The notes beneath the pieces are model-generated. The model did no database searches. It was not told the origin of the DNA and was given only the letters and a program-made list of their open reading frames with translations. The translations under genes and the position numbers were made by a program. Positions 38,409 to 49,742 of a stretch of 64,000 nt of DNA are shown piece after piece (within the stretch, counting starts at the first letter, position 1; each line of letters begins with the position of its first letter). Source of the DNA: Macrostomum lignano (Eukaryota); the NCBI GenBank assembly GCA_002269645.1, contig NIVC01001524.1, positions 62,001-126,000 of the forward strand. The letters run 5' to 3'.

Positions 38409-38449
38409 TTAACAATAATAATAATAATAATAACAATAATAATAATAAT

Positions 38450-38492
<43 letters not shown>

Positions 38493-38590
38493 TTAATAAT
38501 AATAATAACAATAATAATAATAATATTAATAATAATAATAATAATGATAATAATAATAATAATAATAATATTAACAATAATAATAATAAT
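38345..38590. repeat. (AAT)n microsatellite
   Basis: Read directly. Confidence 0.95.
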
Positions 38591-39069
38591 GTTGTCTAAC
38601 TGAAACAACTAATTATAATTAGAAACAACAAATCTCTTGCGGACCTTTACAAGCAAGCTACTCTAACAACCCATACACTGGTATATGCAGATTGTGATTC
38701 TTGTACTGCTAGTTGGCTTTCGAGTTTTTCGTCCTACTCAAACACAACCTACAAGTAATTCTCCGGGAAAACAAGCTACATGTACTAGCTGACAGTAAAG
38801 TGTAGTTGATTATAAAGCACTATTGCTGCTTCCAATTGCTGATTGGCGACTAGAGTGGAGTCGGGACAGCCCATGCATCCTCAACCTGTGATTTTTGCTG
38901 TCCGAATTTCATATACACACCTGATTGTCACGCATCAGAGAGAGACAATAAAGCTGAAGTTCTTTGACTTAGATAGCAGTTGCTCCGTATGTATTCCTCC
39001 GTAGTATGTCCGTAACTGTATGGAACTGGCATTACACACGTGTAGCTATATGATACGGCCGTTTTTTTC

Positions 39070-39125
39070 ACTACTAAAGTTCGAACCCAGGTTGCCGGAT
39101 TAGCAGTTCAGTGTGTTCACATCCA
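39070..39125 (-). mobile_element. Possible tRNA-derived SINE head remnant
   Basis: Minus strand TAGCCTGG...ACTGCTAATCC...GGGTTCGAAC (B-box-like); no full cloverleaf. Confidence 0.3.
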
Positions 39126-39309
39126 GGCTAGCTCTCATCGATTTGATAACATGAGTCGTAGCACTTATAATTCGACTCAAATCAAGTCGGTTTTCGTAAA
39201 AGTCACACGAAGCAGTTATAATGTACTCGATTTCTCAGTAAGTCAGTATCAGTCTCCAATAAAGTTACAATATGGTTACGCAATCTCAATCAAGTCTAAG
39301 TTACAATGC

Positions 39310-39464
39310 GAGTAACGCTGTCTGTGAGTAGGGATGCTCGATGTCACAGAGGCTGCGGCTGGCGCCGACGATCAGCCTGCTGGTCTAGCAGTTCTTATTG
39401 AAGAAGGCCAGCGTGGTGCTGTGTGCGATCGACTGCTTGATGGACTGGAAGGCTGAGGCTTGCT

Positions 39465-39465
<1 letters not shown>
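39310..39465 (-). pseudogene. Degenerate gypsy RT-RNaseH junction fragment
   Basis: QQASAFQSIKQSIAHSTTLAFFNKNC*TSRLIVGASRSL resembles the AFxxIKxxLxxxxxLAFFDxxxxTxLxVDAS consensus. Confidence 0.55.
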
Positions 39466-39516
<51 letters not shown>

Positions 39517-39547
39517 AGTAGTAGTAGAGTAGTAGTAGTAGTAGTAG
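39466..39547. repeat. (GTA)n microsatellite
   Basis: Read directly. Confidence 0.95.
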
Positions 39548-41305
39548 ACATGAAAGAGCTTCTGGACATTTTAAAACAATAATACATCTTCTAGGGCTAA
39601 CAGGTTATTCTTTAAATTTAACCAGATAAGGTCACCGACCGTTTCTAATGAATAAAGCTACAGCTACTGAGTACGAATATACTTGCAAGGGCCACTAGGA
39701 ACACTTCGTTATAGACACTTGTCTAGTAGTCCTTGTATACTACTAGTCCAAGTATTCCTAGTCGAAAAGACCTCAATAGGCACAGAGAGCACACAAATAC
39801 CGGTTCAATTACCGCTATTAGCTCTGTGGGTCCAAGACTGCCTAAATCAGTTTTGAAATATGTCTGAACCAATTGTATATTGGTAATGGTGTTAAGTGAT
39901 CTATTCAGCCCTCAGTGCGGGTGCACCCTTTCATTGCACCTTTCCTCACGTGTCCGCCAATTAACCCCCGCTTTGCTAAAGGTTAAGAAGTTTTCGCGCA
40001 TCGCCCCACCCCATTTCCGTGTGATTGGCTGAGCTACCCGCCTAGCGTCCCCCATTACTCAGTTGTGATTGGTTCTTTACGTACGCGCTCGTGCCGGCCA
40101 ATCGGCGGCCGAGAAATGGCTGTGGCTCCAAACCACAGGGGTTTAGGGGTGGGGTTGTGCGTGATAAATATAAATATGATTTGAAGTAGAGCGAGGAAGA
40201 GCGCACCCTTTTAGAACCTATCTCGACGACTCAATCTATGAACTTGGCACTAATACGAGTATTAGAAACCTCTCGGCCGCTCTGCTTCGCTTCCACCCGC
40301 TTTATTTGCGTGGGAATAACTGCCTTCGTAAACGCTCCATTTGTGGGATCTAGGGACGGACCGGCTCAGTGTTCGATGCGATCTCACGCTGAGATATTGG
40401 AGTCAGTCCGGCCAGAGGGCTGAAGCGACCCTTAGCTCGTCCGCTGTGTCACACTAGATCAGGCCAAGTCACAACAATGGTGTAATGTGGGCATCTTACG
40501 TGAATTACTCGTAATTGCTGAATTATTATAGTTATTGCTAAATTATTAATTGTTACATGTACTTTATTCTATTTTAGTCATACTTTTCAAAGTGCATTGT
40601 CAGTTCAGAGTTTTTTATTTCGAAATAGTTGGCCACAATTTCAGAACCAGTTGGCCAAGCAGAGGGGTTGACGCGACCTGCAACTCATCAACGTACCCCA
40701 GTTTTGCGCGGCCAGCCAATCAGAATCGGCCTGGACCCAATGTCACGTCTTACATGTAAAAAAATTCTGCGTTGTTTTATTCGGCTGAATGAAACAAGAC
40801 GACAAACGTATTTGGCCAAATACTTTTCAGTTATCCAAACTCATTCGGTCATCTTTAATTCTCTCACTCACTGAGCAGAAACTATCTTATGCTTTATTTA
40901 ATTCGTCCTAAAATATTCCGACAGCATTGCGAGTAGACAATAAATTATTACTGCAAAGCAAATTGCAACAAAAAGACAACAATCGAGAACTGAATGAATT
41001 GAATGAATGTATTGTATGAATTGTACAATATTAATTAATGCACTTTATAATACTCGTATTATAACGCTGGATGTGAAAAATACGAGTAAATTAACCACAA
41101 ATAGCTAATCTAGCCTGTCCTCAAGATAAATCCTGCACTGAGTCAAGTTAAAAACCTTTTTTAGTCTCTAGTTCAAACCAAGTACTTTAGATGACGCCAA
41201 TTTGAACTTGTGCAGCAATTATTTTAATATTATTTTACAAGAGCCTAAAATACTCTTAAAATATTAGAAATTCTTTAAATCACCAATTCGTGGTATTTCT
41301 TCAGG

Positions 41306-41818
41306 TCATTGATTGCTGTACATTTCCCTTTCGAGTCCGTACAGGTTGTTGTCTAGGACGACACGTTCGACCGTGTAAACCTTGGTACACCACGATGTAT
41401 TCAGTTCGCCGCCTTTCCGATCGTAACGGACAAAGTTCCGCAGCAGCACCTTGTCACCGACTTTAAAGCTGAGGCTGCTGGTAGACGCGTACTTCTGAAC
41501 GTACGAGCGCGATCTTGCAGATTTTGTCCTGTCGTCCCTGTGAAATCGCCCTGCAGCTTCGATGGGTTGGACTTTATCCCCTGATGAGCTCCTCCAGTAG
41601 CAGAGGTGCGATCTTCTTTGATCAATCGACAAATCTTTTTGATCTTTCGCCTCCAGGCGACGCTCCGTACGTTGACCGATGGAGCTTCTTCTAACATCAT
41701 AGAACAGCTGCTGGCCCTCGTACCTCAAGTTGCGCTCCTTTTGTCGAACCTTGCTTTTGAAGTTGTTCTTCTCCTTTGTTGTTGTCGAAGACGCAAAGAT
41801 GTCGTTCGTATGCACCAC
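41306..41818 (-). mobile_element. Internally deleted Ginger/GIN-like integrase-type transposase remnant
   Basis: N-terminal EKNNFKSKVRQKERNLRYEGQQLFY and GGAHQGI (Zn-binding start) joined almost directly to C-terminal FKVGDKVLLRNFVRYDRKGGELNTSW; no DDE core; frameshifted. Confidence 0.55.
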
Positions 41819-42402
41819 TAAGCAAGTAAAGTTTTATATCGGAATACGCGACAGACATACTTATGTCTGTCTAGTGTAGTCGATATGTTTAAACTTTCAG
41901 CTATTTATAGGCAACGTGTTGCGTAACAAAATTTACAATGGTACATATACTGTCTAGTTTAGATGTACTAAAAGTCAGAGAACTTTGAAATTTTGTTAAC
42001 AGCCCTGCAGACAAGAATGCGCGGCTGTAAAAAATTCGGCAGTATTCATTTCAAGGTGATATCAGATCACGGCTTAAACTGTGATTATTGACAGGTTTTT
42101 AATCTCGTAAACCCCAGAGAGAAATCAGCCTCTCAAGAAGTCATGCGCTTGGCATGACTTATGTCGTGCCATATCCAACCTGGGCCCAGATAAAATAACG
42201 CATCCAAAGTTGTTCAGCCAAATACTTTTCTGCCTAGAATAATGGCTGGCATAACACCTGACAAAAGTCTATCCGGCCTGAAAGCACGCCGCGGGCCCAG
42301 TGCAAACGGGATTACCAACCGGCCAGCCAGACCAAGGATGATAGATAACAACTGGATTGTCAAACTACTCCACCTAAAAGGGTTGAATGTAGGGGGGGGG
42401 GG

Positions 42403-42590
42403 CATCACAAACCCTAAATATCACATTCTCGAAAATCCAAAATGCAGGCTTCATCATAATCCCTCTTTATCATATGATGGGGCTTGTCACAGTTTTCGAG
42501 AATATGATATTTCGGAGTTGTGATATTCAGGGTTTATGATGGGAGGTGCGTTTCGAGGTTGTGATTTTTAGGGGTTTATGATGGCGCTTC
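42403..42590. repeat. Fold-back inverted repeat (MITE-like)
   Basis: CATCACAAACCCTAAATATCACATTCTCGAAAA is mirrored by TTTTCGAGAATATGATATTT and two GTGAT...AGGGTTTATGATG arms. Confidence 0.6.
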
Positions 42591-43090
42591 ATATCGGGTA
42601 ATGTTGTGATAGAAAACTGCAGTTGGATACAGTAGCTATATTTACAGTACTGCGCAATAATAATTTCATCACAAGTACCATTTGTGATGAGTCAAGGTAG
42701 GTTACATTGTTTAAGAAAAGTTAGGAGGATGAAAGCAAAAAAATCAAAGTCTAGGCTTACTAGACTTTAAAATTTACCATCTTTCTGCATCTAGATTATT
42801 GCCTTAAGATGCCGATTGTGTCGGCGAAACATGTCGCTTGAACATGAAAGAAATTGCGATTTGGTGTTATTTGATGCGATTTGATGTAATAGGAATAAAT
42901 TATAAATGATGACTATTTTGTTCCGTAACATTTAAGCTTCAGGAAAATTGCGAGTAAATCGACACAAAAACATTGGAATGGCCAGAGTTTTAGAAAAAAG
43001 TAGACTTGGTTTTATAAAGATGCGAATACCTTTTGCAACTACGTAAGCAATAAAAATATTTAAAATACGTCTGAAAATCAAACCAAAAAA

Positions 43091-43738
43091 ATGAGCGGCG
43101 ATGAAAATGAGGATACGAGATTGATGGAATTATTCACCCAGCAATTCGAACGTTTTGAAGACAGTGGATTGAAAAATGAATACCGTTTTGCGACTGTTAA
43201 ATATCCATCGATTCAAGGTCGCATAAAACTCGTTTTGTTCATAGTCAACAAGGTGGCCGGCCAAGATTCCCGGGATCAGTTTGCTGTCAGCTGTCACCAT
43301 TTAGAACTGGTGAAGTTTCTTGTGAAGACAGTCGCTGACCAAAGTGAGAGAGATCAGTGCTGCAAGGAAGCTGCGGAATCTGCTGCATCGAGTGGTTATT
43401 TAGAAGTGGTGAAGTATCTTGTGGGGACAGTCGCTGACCAAAGTGTGAGAGATCAGTGCTGCAAGGAAGCTGCGGAATCTGCTGCATCGAGTGGTTATTT
43501 AGAAGTGGTGACGTATCTTGTGGGGACAGTCGCTGACCAAAATCTGAGAGATCAGTGCTGCAAGGAAGCTGCGGAATCTGCTGCATCGAGTGGTTGTTTA
43601 GAAGTGGTGACGTATCTTGTGGGGACAGTCGCTGACCAAAGTGAGAGAGATGAGTGCTGCCGAGAGGCTGCTTTTTTTGCAAGCCAGCACACGGAAGTTT
43701 TGCGGTTACTACTGAAGACGAAAGCCAGAAATTTATGA
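43091..43738 (+). CDS. 215-aa protein of 33-aa Cys-Cys ankyrin-like repeats; paralog or fragment of the 1802 gene family
   Basis: 99-bp tandem unit encoding VGTVADQSVRDQCCKEAAESAASSGYLEVVTYL; same pattern as RDKCCLTAVEHAAFNGHSRVVDYL in the 1802 ORF; ends HTEVLRLL. Confidence 0.6.
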   Translation: MSGDENEDTRLMELFTQQFERFEDSGLKNEYRFATVKYPSIQGRIKLVLFIVNKVAGQDSRDQFAVSCHHLELVKFLVKTVADQSERDQCCKEAAESAASSGYLEVVKYLVGTVADQSVRDQCCKEAAESAASSGYLEVVTYLVGTVADQNLRDQCCKEAAESAASSGCLEVVTYLVGTVADQSERDECCREAAFFASQHTEVLRLLLKTKARNL

Positions 43739-44259
43739 TGGAGCTGTCAAAGAACTGTTGAATTGGAACTGTGGAAGGCAGGATCAAATTAAGTTAGAAA
43801 TGACTTCAGATGTACGAAAAGCGCGGTTCGGAGGTAGTTAATCATTTCGAATTCATGTTAGGTGTCGAAACGCTTGCTGTTATTCAAGAATTTGATGAGT
43901 TTTTGCTAATTTTGAGTTCTTGTCCAAAATTGTATTATTAATCATCAATTAAATATTGGATTATTTCAAGTGTTTGGATCTTTTAATAATGCCGTTCCTG
44001 CCACAGGAACAGGTTTAGCACCACAACACAATCTGAATTTGTTTGTACCTTTTCTTTTGCAGGGTATTTTTCACGAATATTCTGTGCAGAAGCAGCTTTG
44101 CCTTTACTTGTTGCAGCACCTCCAAACACAAACGGAAGTCCAAGATGCAAAAAATGAAAACTACTGCTCAGGGGCGTCGCCATGGATTTTATGGTGGGGG
44201 GACAAAGCCAAGAATTCGACATGTACATGTACATTATTTTCAGAATCGGTGTTGTCAGC

Positions 44260-46718
44260 GCTCATTTTGGCGCCGCAGGCACTTTTTTGAGCGGCGCAGG
44301 CACCATTTTGGCGCCGCAGGCATTTATTTTGGCGCCACATGAACTTATTTTAGCGCGGCAGACACTCATTTTAGCGCCGCAGGCACTCATTTTAGCGCCG
44401 ATGGCACTCATTTTAGCGCCGCAGGCACTCGTTTTGGCGCCACAGGCACTCATTTTAGCGCCACAGGCACTCATTTTAGCGCCGCAGGCACTCATTTTAG
44501 CGCCACAGGCACTCATTTTAGCGCCACAGGCACTCATTTTAGCGCCGCAGGCACTCATTTTAGCGCAAATGGCACTCAGTTTAGCGCCGCAGACACTCAT
44601 TTTGGCGCCTCAGGCATTTATTTTAGCGCCACAGGAACTCATTTTGGCACCACAGGAACTCATTTTGACGCCGCAGGCACTCAATTAAGCGAAAATGGCA
44701 CTCAGTTTAGCGCCGCAGACACTCATTTTGGCGCCGCAGGCATTTATTTTGGCGCCACAAGAACTCATTTTAGCGCCGATGGCACTCAGTTTAGCGCCGC
44801 AGGCACTCATTTTGACGCCGCAGGCACTCATTTTAGCGCCGATGGCACTCAGTTTAGCGCCGCAGGCACTCATTTTGACGCCGCAGGCACTCATTTTAGC
44901 GCCGATGGCACTCAGTTTAGCGCCGCAGGCACTCATTTTGACGCCGCAGGCACTCATTTTAGCGCCGCAGGCACTTATTTTGGCGCAGCAGGCACTTATT
45001 TTGGCGCCGCAGGCACTTATTTTGGCGCCGCAGGCACTCATTTTGTCGCCGCAGGCACTCGTTTTGGCGCCGCAGGCACTCGTTTTGGCGCCACAGGCAC
45101 TCATTTTAGCGCCACAGGCACTCATTTTAGCGCCACAGGCACTCATTTTGGCGCCGCAGGCACTCATTTTGTCGCCACAGGAACTCATTTTGGCACCGCA
45201 GGCACTCATTTTGACGCCGCAGGCACTCATTTTGGCGCCACAGGAACTCGTTTTAGCGCCGCAGGCACTCATTTTAGCCCCGATGGCACTCAGTTTAGCG
45301 CCGCAGGCACTCATTTTGGCGCCGCAGGCTTTTATTTTGGCGCCACAGGAACTCATTTTGTCGCCGCAGGCACTCGTTTTGGAGCCGCAGGCACTCGTTT
45401 TGGCGCCACAGGCACTCATTTTAGCGCCACAGGCACTCATTTTAGCGCCACAGGCACTCATTTTGGCGCCGCAGGCATTTATTTTGGCGCCACAGGAACT
45501 CATTTTGTCGCCGCAGGCACTCGTTTTGGCGCCGCAGGCACTCGTTTTGGCGCCACAGGCACTCATTTTAGCGCCACAGGCACTCATTTTAGCGCCACAG
45601 GCACTCATTTTAGCGCCACAGGCACTCATTTTAGCGCCGCAGACACTCATTTTGGCGCCGCAGGCACTCATTTTAGCGCCGCAGGCACTCATTTTGGCGC
45701 CGCAGGCACTCATTTTAGCGCCGCAGGCACTCATTTTGGCGCCACAGGCACTCATTTTAGCGCCACAGGCACTCATTTTAGCGCCGCAGGCACTCATTTT
45801 AGCGCAAATGGCACTCAGTTTAGCGCCGCAGACACTCATTTTGGCGCCGCAGGCATTTATTTTGGCGCCACAGGAACTCATTTTGGCGCCGCAGGCACTC
45901 ATTTTAGCGCCGCAGGCACTCATTTTAGCGCCGCAGGCACTCATTTTGGCGCCACAGGAACTCATTTTGGTGCCACAGGCACTCATTTTAGCGCCGCATG
46001 CACTCATTTTAGCACCGCAGGCACTCATTTTAGCGCCACAGGCACTCATTTTAGCGCCTCAGGCACTCATTTTAGCGCCGCAGGCACTCATTTTAGCACC
46101 GCAGGCACTCATTTTAGCGCCGCAGGCACTTATTTTAGCGCCACAGGCACTCATTTTAGCGCCTCAGGCACTCATTTTAGCGCCGCAGGCACTCATTTTA
46201 GCTCCGCAGGCACTCATTTTAGCGCCGCAGGCACTCATTTTAGCGCCGCAGGCACTCATTTTAGCGCCACAGGCACTCATTTTAGCGCCACAGGCACTCA
46301 TTTTAGCTCCGCAGGCACTCATTTTAGCGCCGCAGGCACTCATTTTAGCGCCACAGGCACACATTTTAGCACCGCAGGCACTCATTTTAGCGCCACAGGC
46401 ACACATTTTAGCACCGCAGGCACTCATTTTAGCGCCGCAGGCACTCATTTTAGCTCCGCAGGCACTCATTTTAGCGCCGCAGGCACTCATTTTGGCGCCG
46501 CAGGCACTCATTTCAGCGCCGCAGGCACTCATTTTAGCTCCGCAGGCACTCATTTTAGCGCCGCAGGCACTCATTTTGGCGCCGCAGGTACTCATTTCAG
46601 CGCCGCAGGCACTCATTTTAGCGCCGCAGGCACTCATTTTAGCTCCGCAGGCACTCATTTTAGCGCCGCAGGCACTCATTTTGGCGCCGCAGGCACTCAT
46701 TTTAGCGCCGCAGGCACT
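44260..46718. repeat. 21-bp minisatellite (GCACTCATTTTAGCGCCGCAG), more than 110 copies, inside MITE-like flanks
   Basis: Unit read directly; flanks CAGGGGCGTCGCC at 44168 and GGGGGGACAAAGC at both ends. Confidence 0.97.
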
Positions 46719-48173
46719 ATATTTTTTTCACCTTGAAGCAAAACTATTGATTTTCATAACGGGTCATAAGGTTGGGTGGGGGGGGGGACAAAGCATTGGC
46801 AGTCCCCCCCCACAAGTTTTACTGGGGGGACATGTCAGGGGGAGCAGAGCTTTAGCAGCATTGTAAATCTGAAAGAGTAAAATTAGTTAAGCATAGTACG
46901 ACAGGAGTTTAGAAGCTTTTTTCAATAGCTAATGGTTTGCCTTCAAGAAAACTCTCCGCGATTAAACTTTAGTTAAATTGATCTTGTAAGATATTTTAAC
47001 TGATTGCCCCGATTTTTTTACTTTGTTTTCGATCAAAATTTGAATATTTTACTCTAAATGCATGTACTGTATTGACTTTGCGAACTAAATCTATCTGTTT
47101 GGCTATTGGTAAATGATTAATGTCCGAAGATCTGTCTGATAATGCCAATTCAAGTTAACTTGCTCTAATCCTGCGTTTTTTTCGTATTTTGTCGTATTTT
47201 GAAAAGTACCCCAAAGCACAGAGGGTGTGCATGATTGATGATTAAAAAGTCAGGGCCGCTGTTCACCCTATGTGTGAAATTGATTTTTCTCCTTCGTTTA
47301 TAGGCCGAACTATCCAATCTTTTCTACTAGCTCGTACATGTATAATTAAGTAGTATATCTAGAACCGGTTTATCCATCTTTTTAGCGCAGCCACACGTGG
47401 ATCAATTAACGTATTTTGTTCACGAGTATCTCCTTCGAAAATGACCCGAAACTGTGGATTGGAAGATCGTCTTCATATTATCATATCACAAGTACAATGC
47501 GTAATTACATTTACATGTAGCTGTTGCGATAAAGTTTACAGGGTCGAAGCATAAAGAAATGCATGCATAACTGAACTTTTGAGTTAATTTTCTTATAAAA
47601 AAGCTTTTTTAAGACCTTTTGATTCTGTACCTGCGAGCTAGTTGAATGAAGAATTTTTTAAAAGTTTTTTAATACATCGGCTGAAGTAATCGCAAATATG
47701 CGGCAATGATTTTTAACACAGGATACATATTTTAGACACTTTTGAACAACTTTCTTGATACTTTTTTGAAGAAAGAAAGACAAATAACTGCTCCAAGTTC
47801 TCGCCATTGGCTCCGGAACAATTCTTCACTCCCCACGCACTGTCTGTCTGTCTGCTTCCTTCTCCCTTTCCTCAGCCCTCTTCTGTCTCTCATTCTCTTT
47901 GCCGTCCCGCTTCTCACAAGGCTGGGGGGTTCGGCGAATCCAAATGCCTCAGCAACCGACCCGGACAGCGCGCGGAGTTCAGCCAACCCCCGGTCCTGCC
48001 ATCGTCAAAAAACGCCCACTCAAGCACGAGCGCCGCCCTGAATCCTTCTGTCCTGCCTTCGTCTACACCAACCAGGAGCATCGGCTGCGCCACCTTGCGA
48101 TATAGAAAGTAAAAATTTGGTCAGAAATCAGCGGAGGTAATTGCAGCAATTTGTTAACTATATTTTTTATTAG

Positions 48174-49631
48174 GTCCTACTTCCTGGACGAGTCGAAGGT
48201 GAGTAAAACGGATTAGGATTCGTGAACTCTGGACTGCTTATCATTAGAGTAAAATGATTTCTTCAAATTGTTAAATTTTACCACAGGAACAACACGTCGC
48301 CGCGGGGCTTTTGAACCACTTTTACCTGAGGTATGTGATTTTTTGTCTTGGAATGTGTCTTGTGTCTCCACTTTTTAGTCGATAGTGACTTTTATTAGTA
48401 GAACATGTACTCACTTCATAGTTACGTATTGTTGAGTCGAATTAAACAAGTCAAGTTTCCACCTATGGCAATCATGAGCTGTTGCATTCTTTAAGTGTGA
48501 AGACGGCCATAATGCCCCCCCCTTCGTGAAACTCGACACCACGCAAAGGAATAAGGACTAATTCATAAAATTGATGCTTAGTAAGTTGATGAAGAATCCA
48601 CTATGAGGCAGATTTGAAGGAAGGCCGTAGCTGTGCCAATAGTGATTCGTGATTTTGAGCAGGGAACTTCAGGTTGAGCAACAGATGGATGTGAGCGAAA
48701 TAAGCCAAGACGCGTACAGATGACGATGACAAAAAGAAGAGGGCTTGCAGATTTTTCTAGTTTGACAAAGGAGACTTGTGCGATCCGTCCTCCTCCTGAA
48801 GGTTGAGCGTCGAAAAAAGAATGAGACAGAGAGAAAGGTTCCAATTTCTTTTGTACCTCCCCTCATCGGGCGGGGTCCCTCTGCTCAATGCATCCAAAGT
48901 CTCGCCCCACTTCAGTCTTCTCCGTTCCTCTTGTCTTCTTCCCCACTTGGCTTAAACTCTTTCACCGGTTCCCAACCCTGTCGCGCACTTCACCCAGGCG
49001 CCCTACCGGCTTTCCTGCCCTTGTCTTGCCCTGCCGTGCGCTGTCATTTTCATAAATGTGAGGCCTATTGATTTGCAAATGATGTGTTGTGTATCCATTC
49101 CCACCCACCTTAGGTCGTAGCAATGATGACTTCTCAATGAGCCCACCTGTGCAGACTGCTCTTGAGTAACTTTCTCTTCTCTTATTTTCTCAGTCTGTTT
49201 CATGTACTGTCTTAGAATTTAACACATTTAAATGATTTAACTGGTAGCTCTATTAAAACTACAGTACCATGTACCATTAAAAGTACCATTGTACCAGTGG
49301 TTAGAGCGTCGGACTCACGACCTGAAAGGTCGGGGGTTCGTTTCTTGACCAGCTCAAAACAATTTGTGTCCTTGAGCAAGATACTTAACTCTGCATTGCT
49401 TCAGTTCACCCAGCTGTAAAATGGGTGCCAGCATAACTGGGGAAATTGAGGTGTGTGTGGCGACCCCCCAGCCCATTGGGACAGGTGTAATCAATAATTA
49501 GTAGTATATTATTTTTATTTTAAATCATGAAAAGTAACGTCCGTATAATCTGTAAATCATATTTTTTAGATTCCAAGAGACTGGACGAGGATAAGTTTTT
49601 GGACCTAGGTCACGGAAGAAACTGGAGAAGC
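48174..49631 (+). other. Putative non-coding 5' exons of the cholinergic locus (48174-48198, 48287-48330, 49570-49631; acceptor before 49715)
   Basis: Short segments bounded by pyrimidine-AG and GTGAGT / GTATGT / GTAAGA sites upstream of the VAChT ATG. Confidence 0.4.
49291..49470 (+). mobile_element. tRNA-derived SINE with CORE-like domain
   Basis: A-box-like CAGTGGTTAGAGCG, B-box-like GGTTCGTTTC, then TGTCCTTGAGCAAGATACTTAAC...CAGCTGTAAAATGGG resembling the MIR/CORE segment. Confidence 0.8.
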
Positions 49632-49742
49632 GTAAGAAAGATTCTTATTGTTAAAATCTGACAGCATTCCGAGGCATTAGCTCTGTTCAACTTGCATTAA
49701 TTAGCTGTATTTAGCCGTGCCAAGATTTACACAGCAGCGAAA

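Noticed and set aside
44182-46866. Long ORFs (LILAPQA)n and (MSACGAK)n of 450-720 aa
   Set aside because: By-products of a 21-bp unit that lacks stops in some frames on both strands; no unique coding flanks or splice context.
49291-49360. Functional tRNA gene
   Set aside because: No complete cloverleaf, and it continues into a SINE body shared with 8776-8940.
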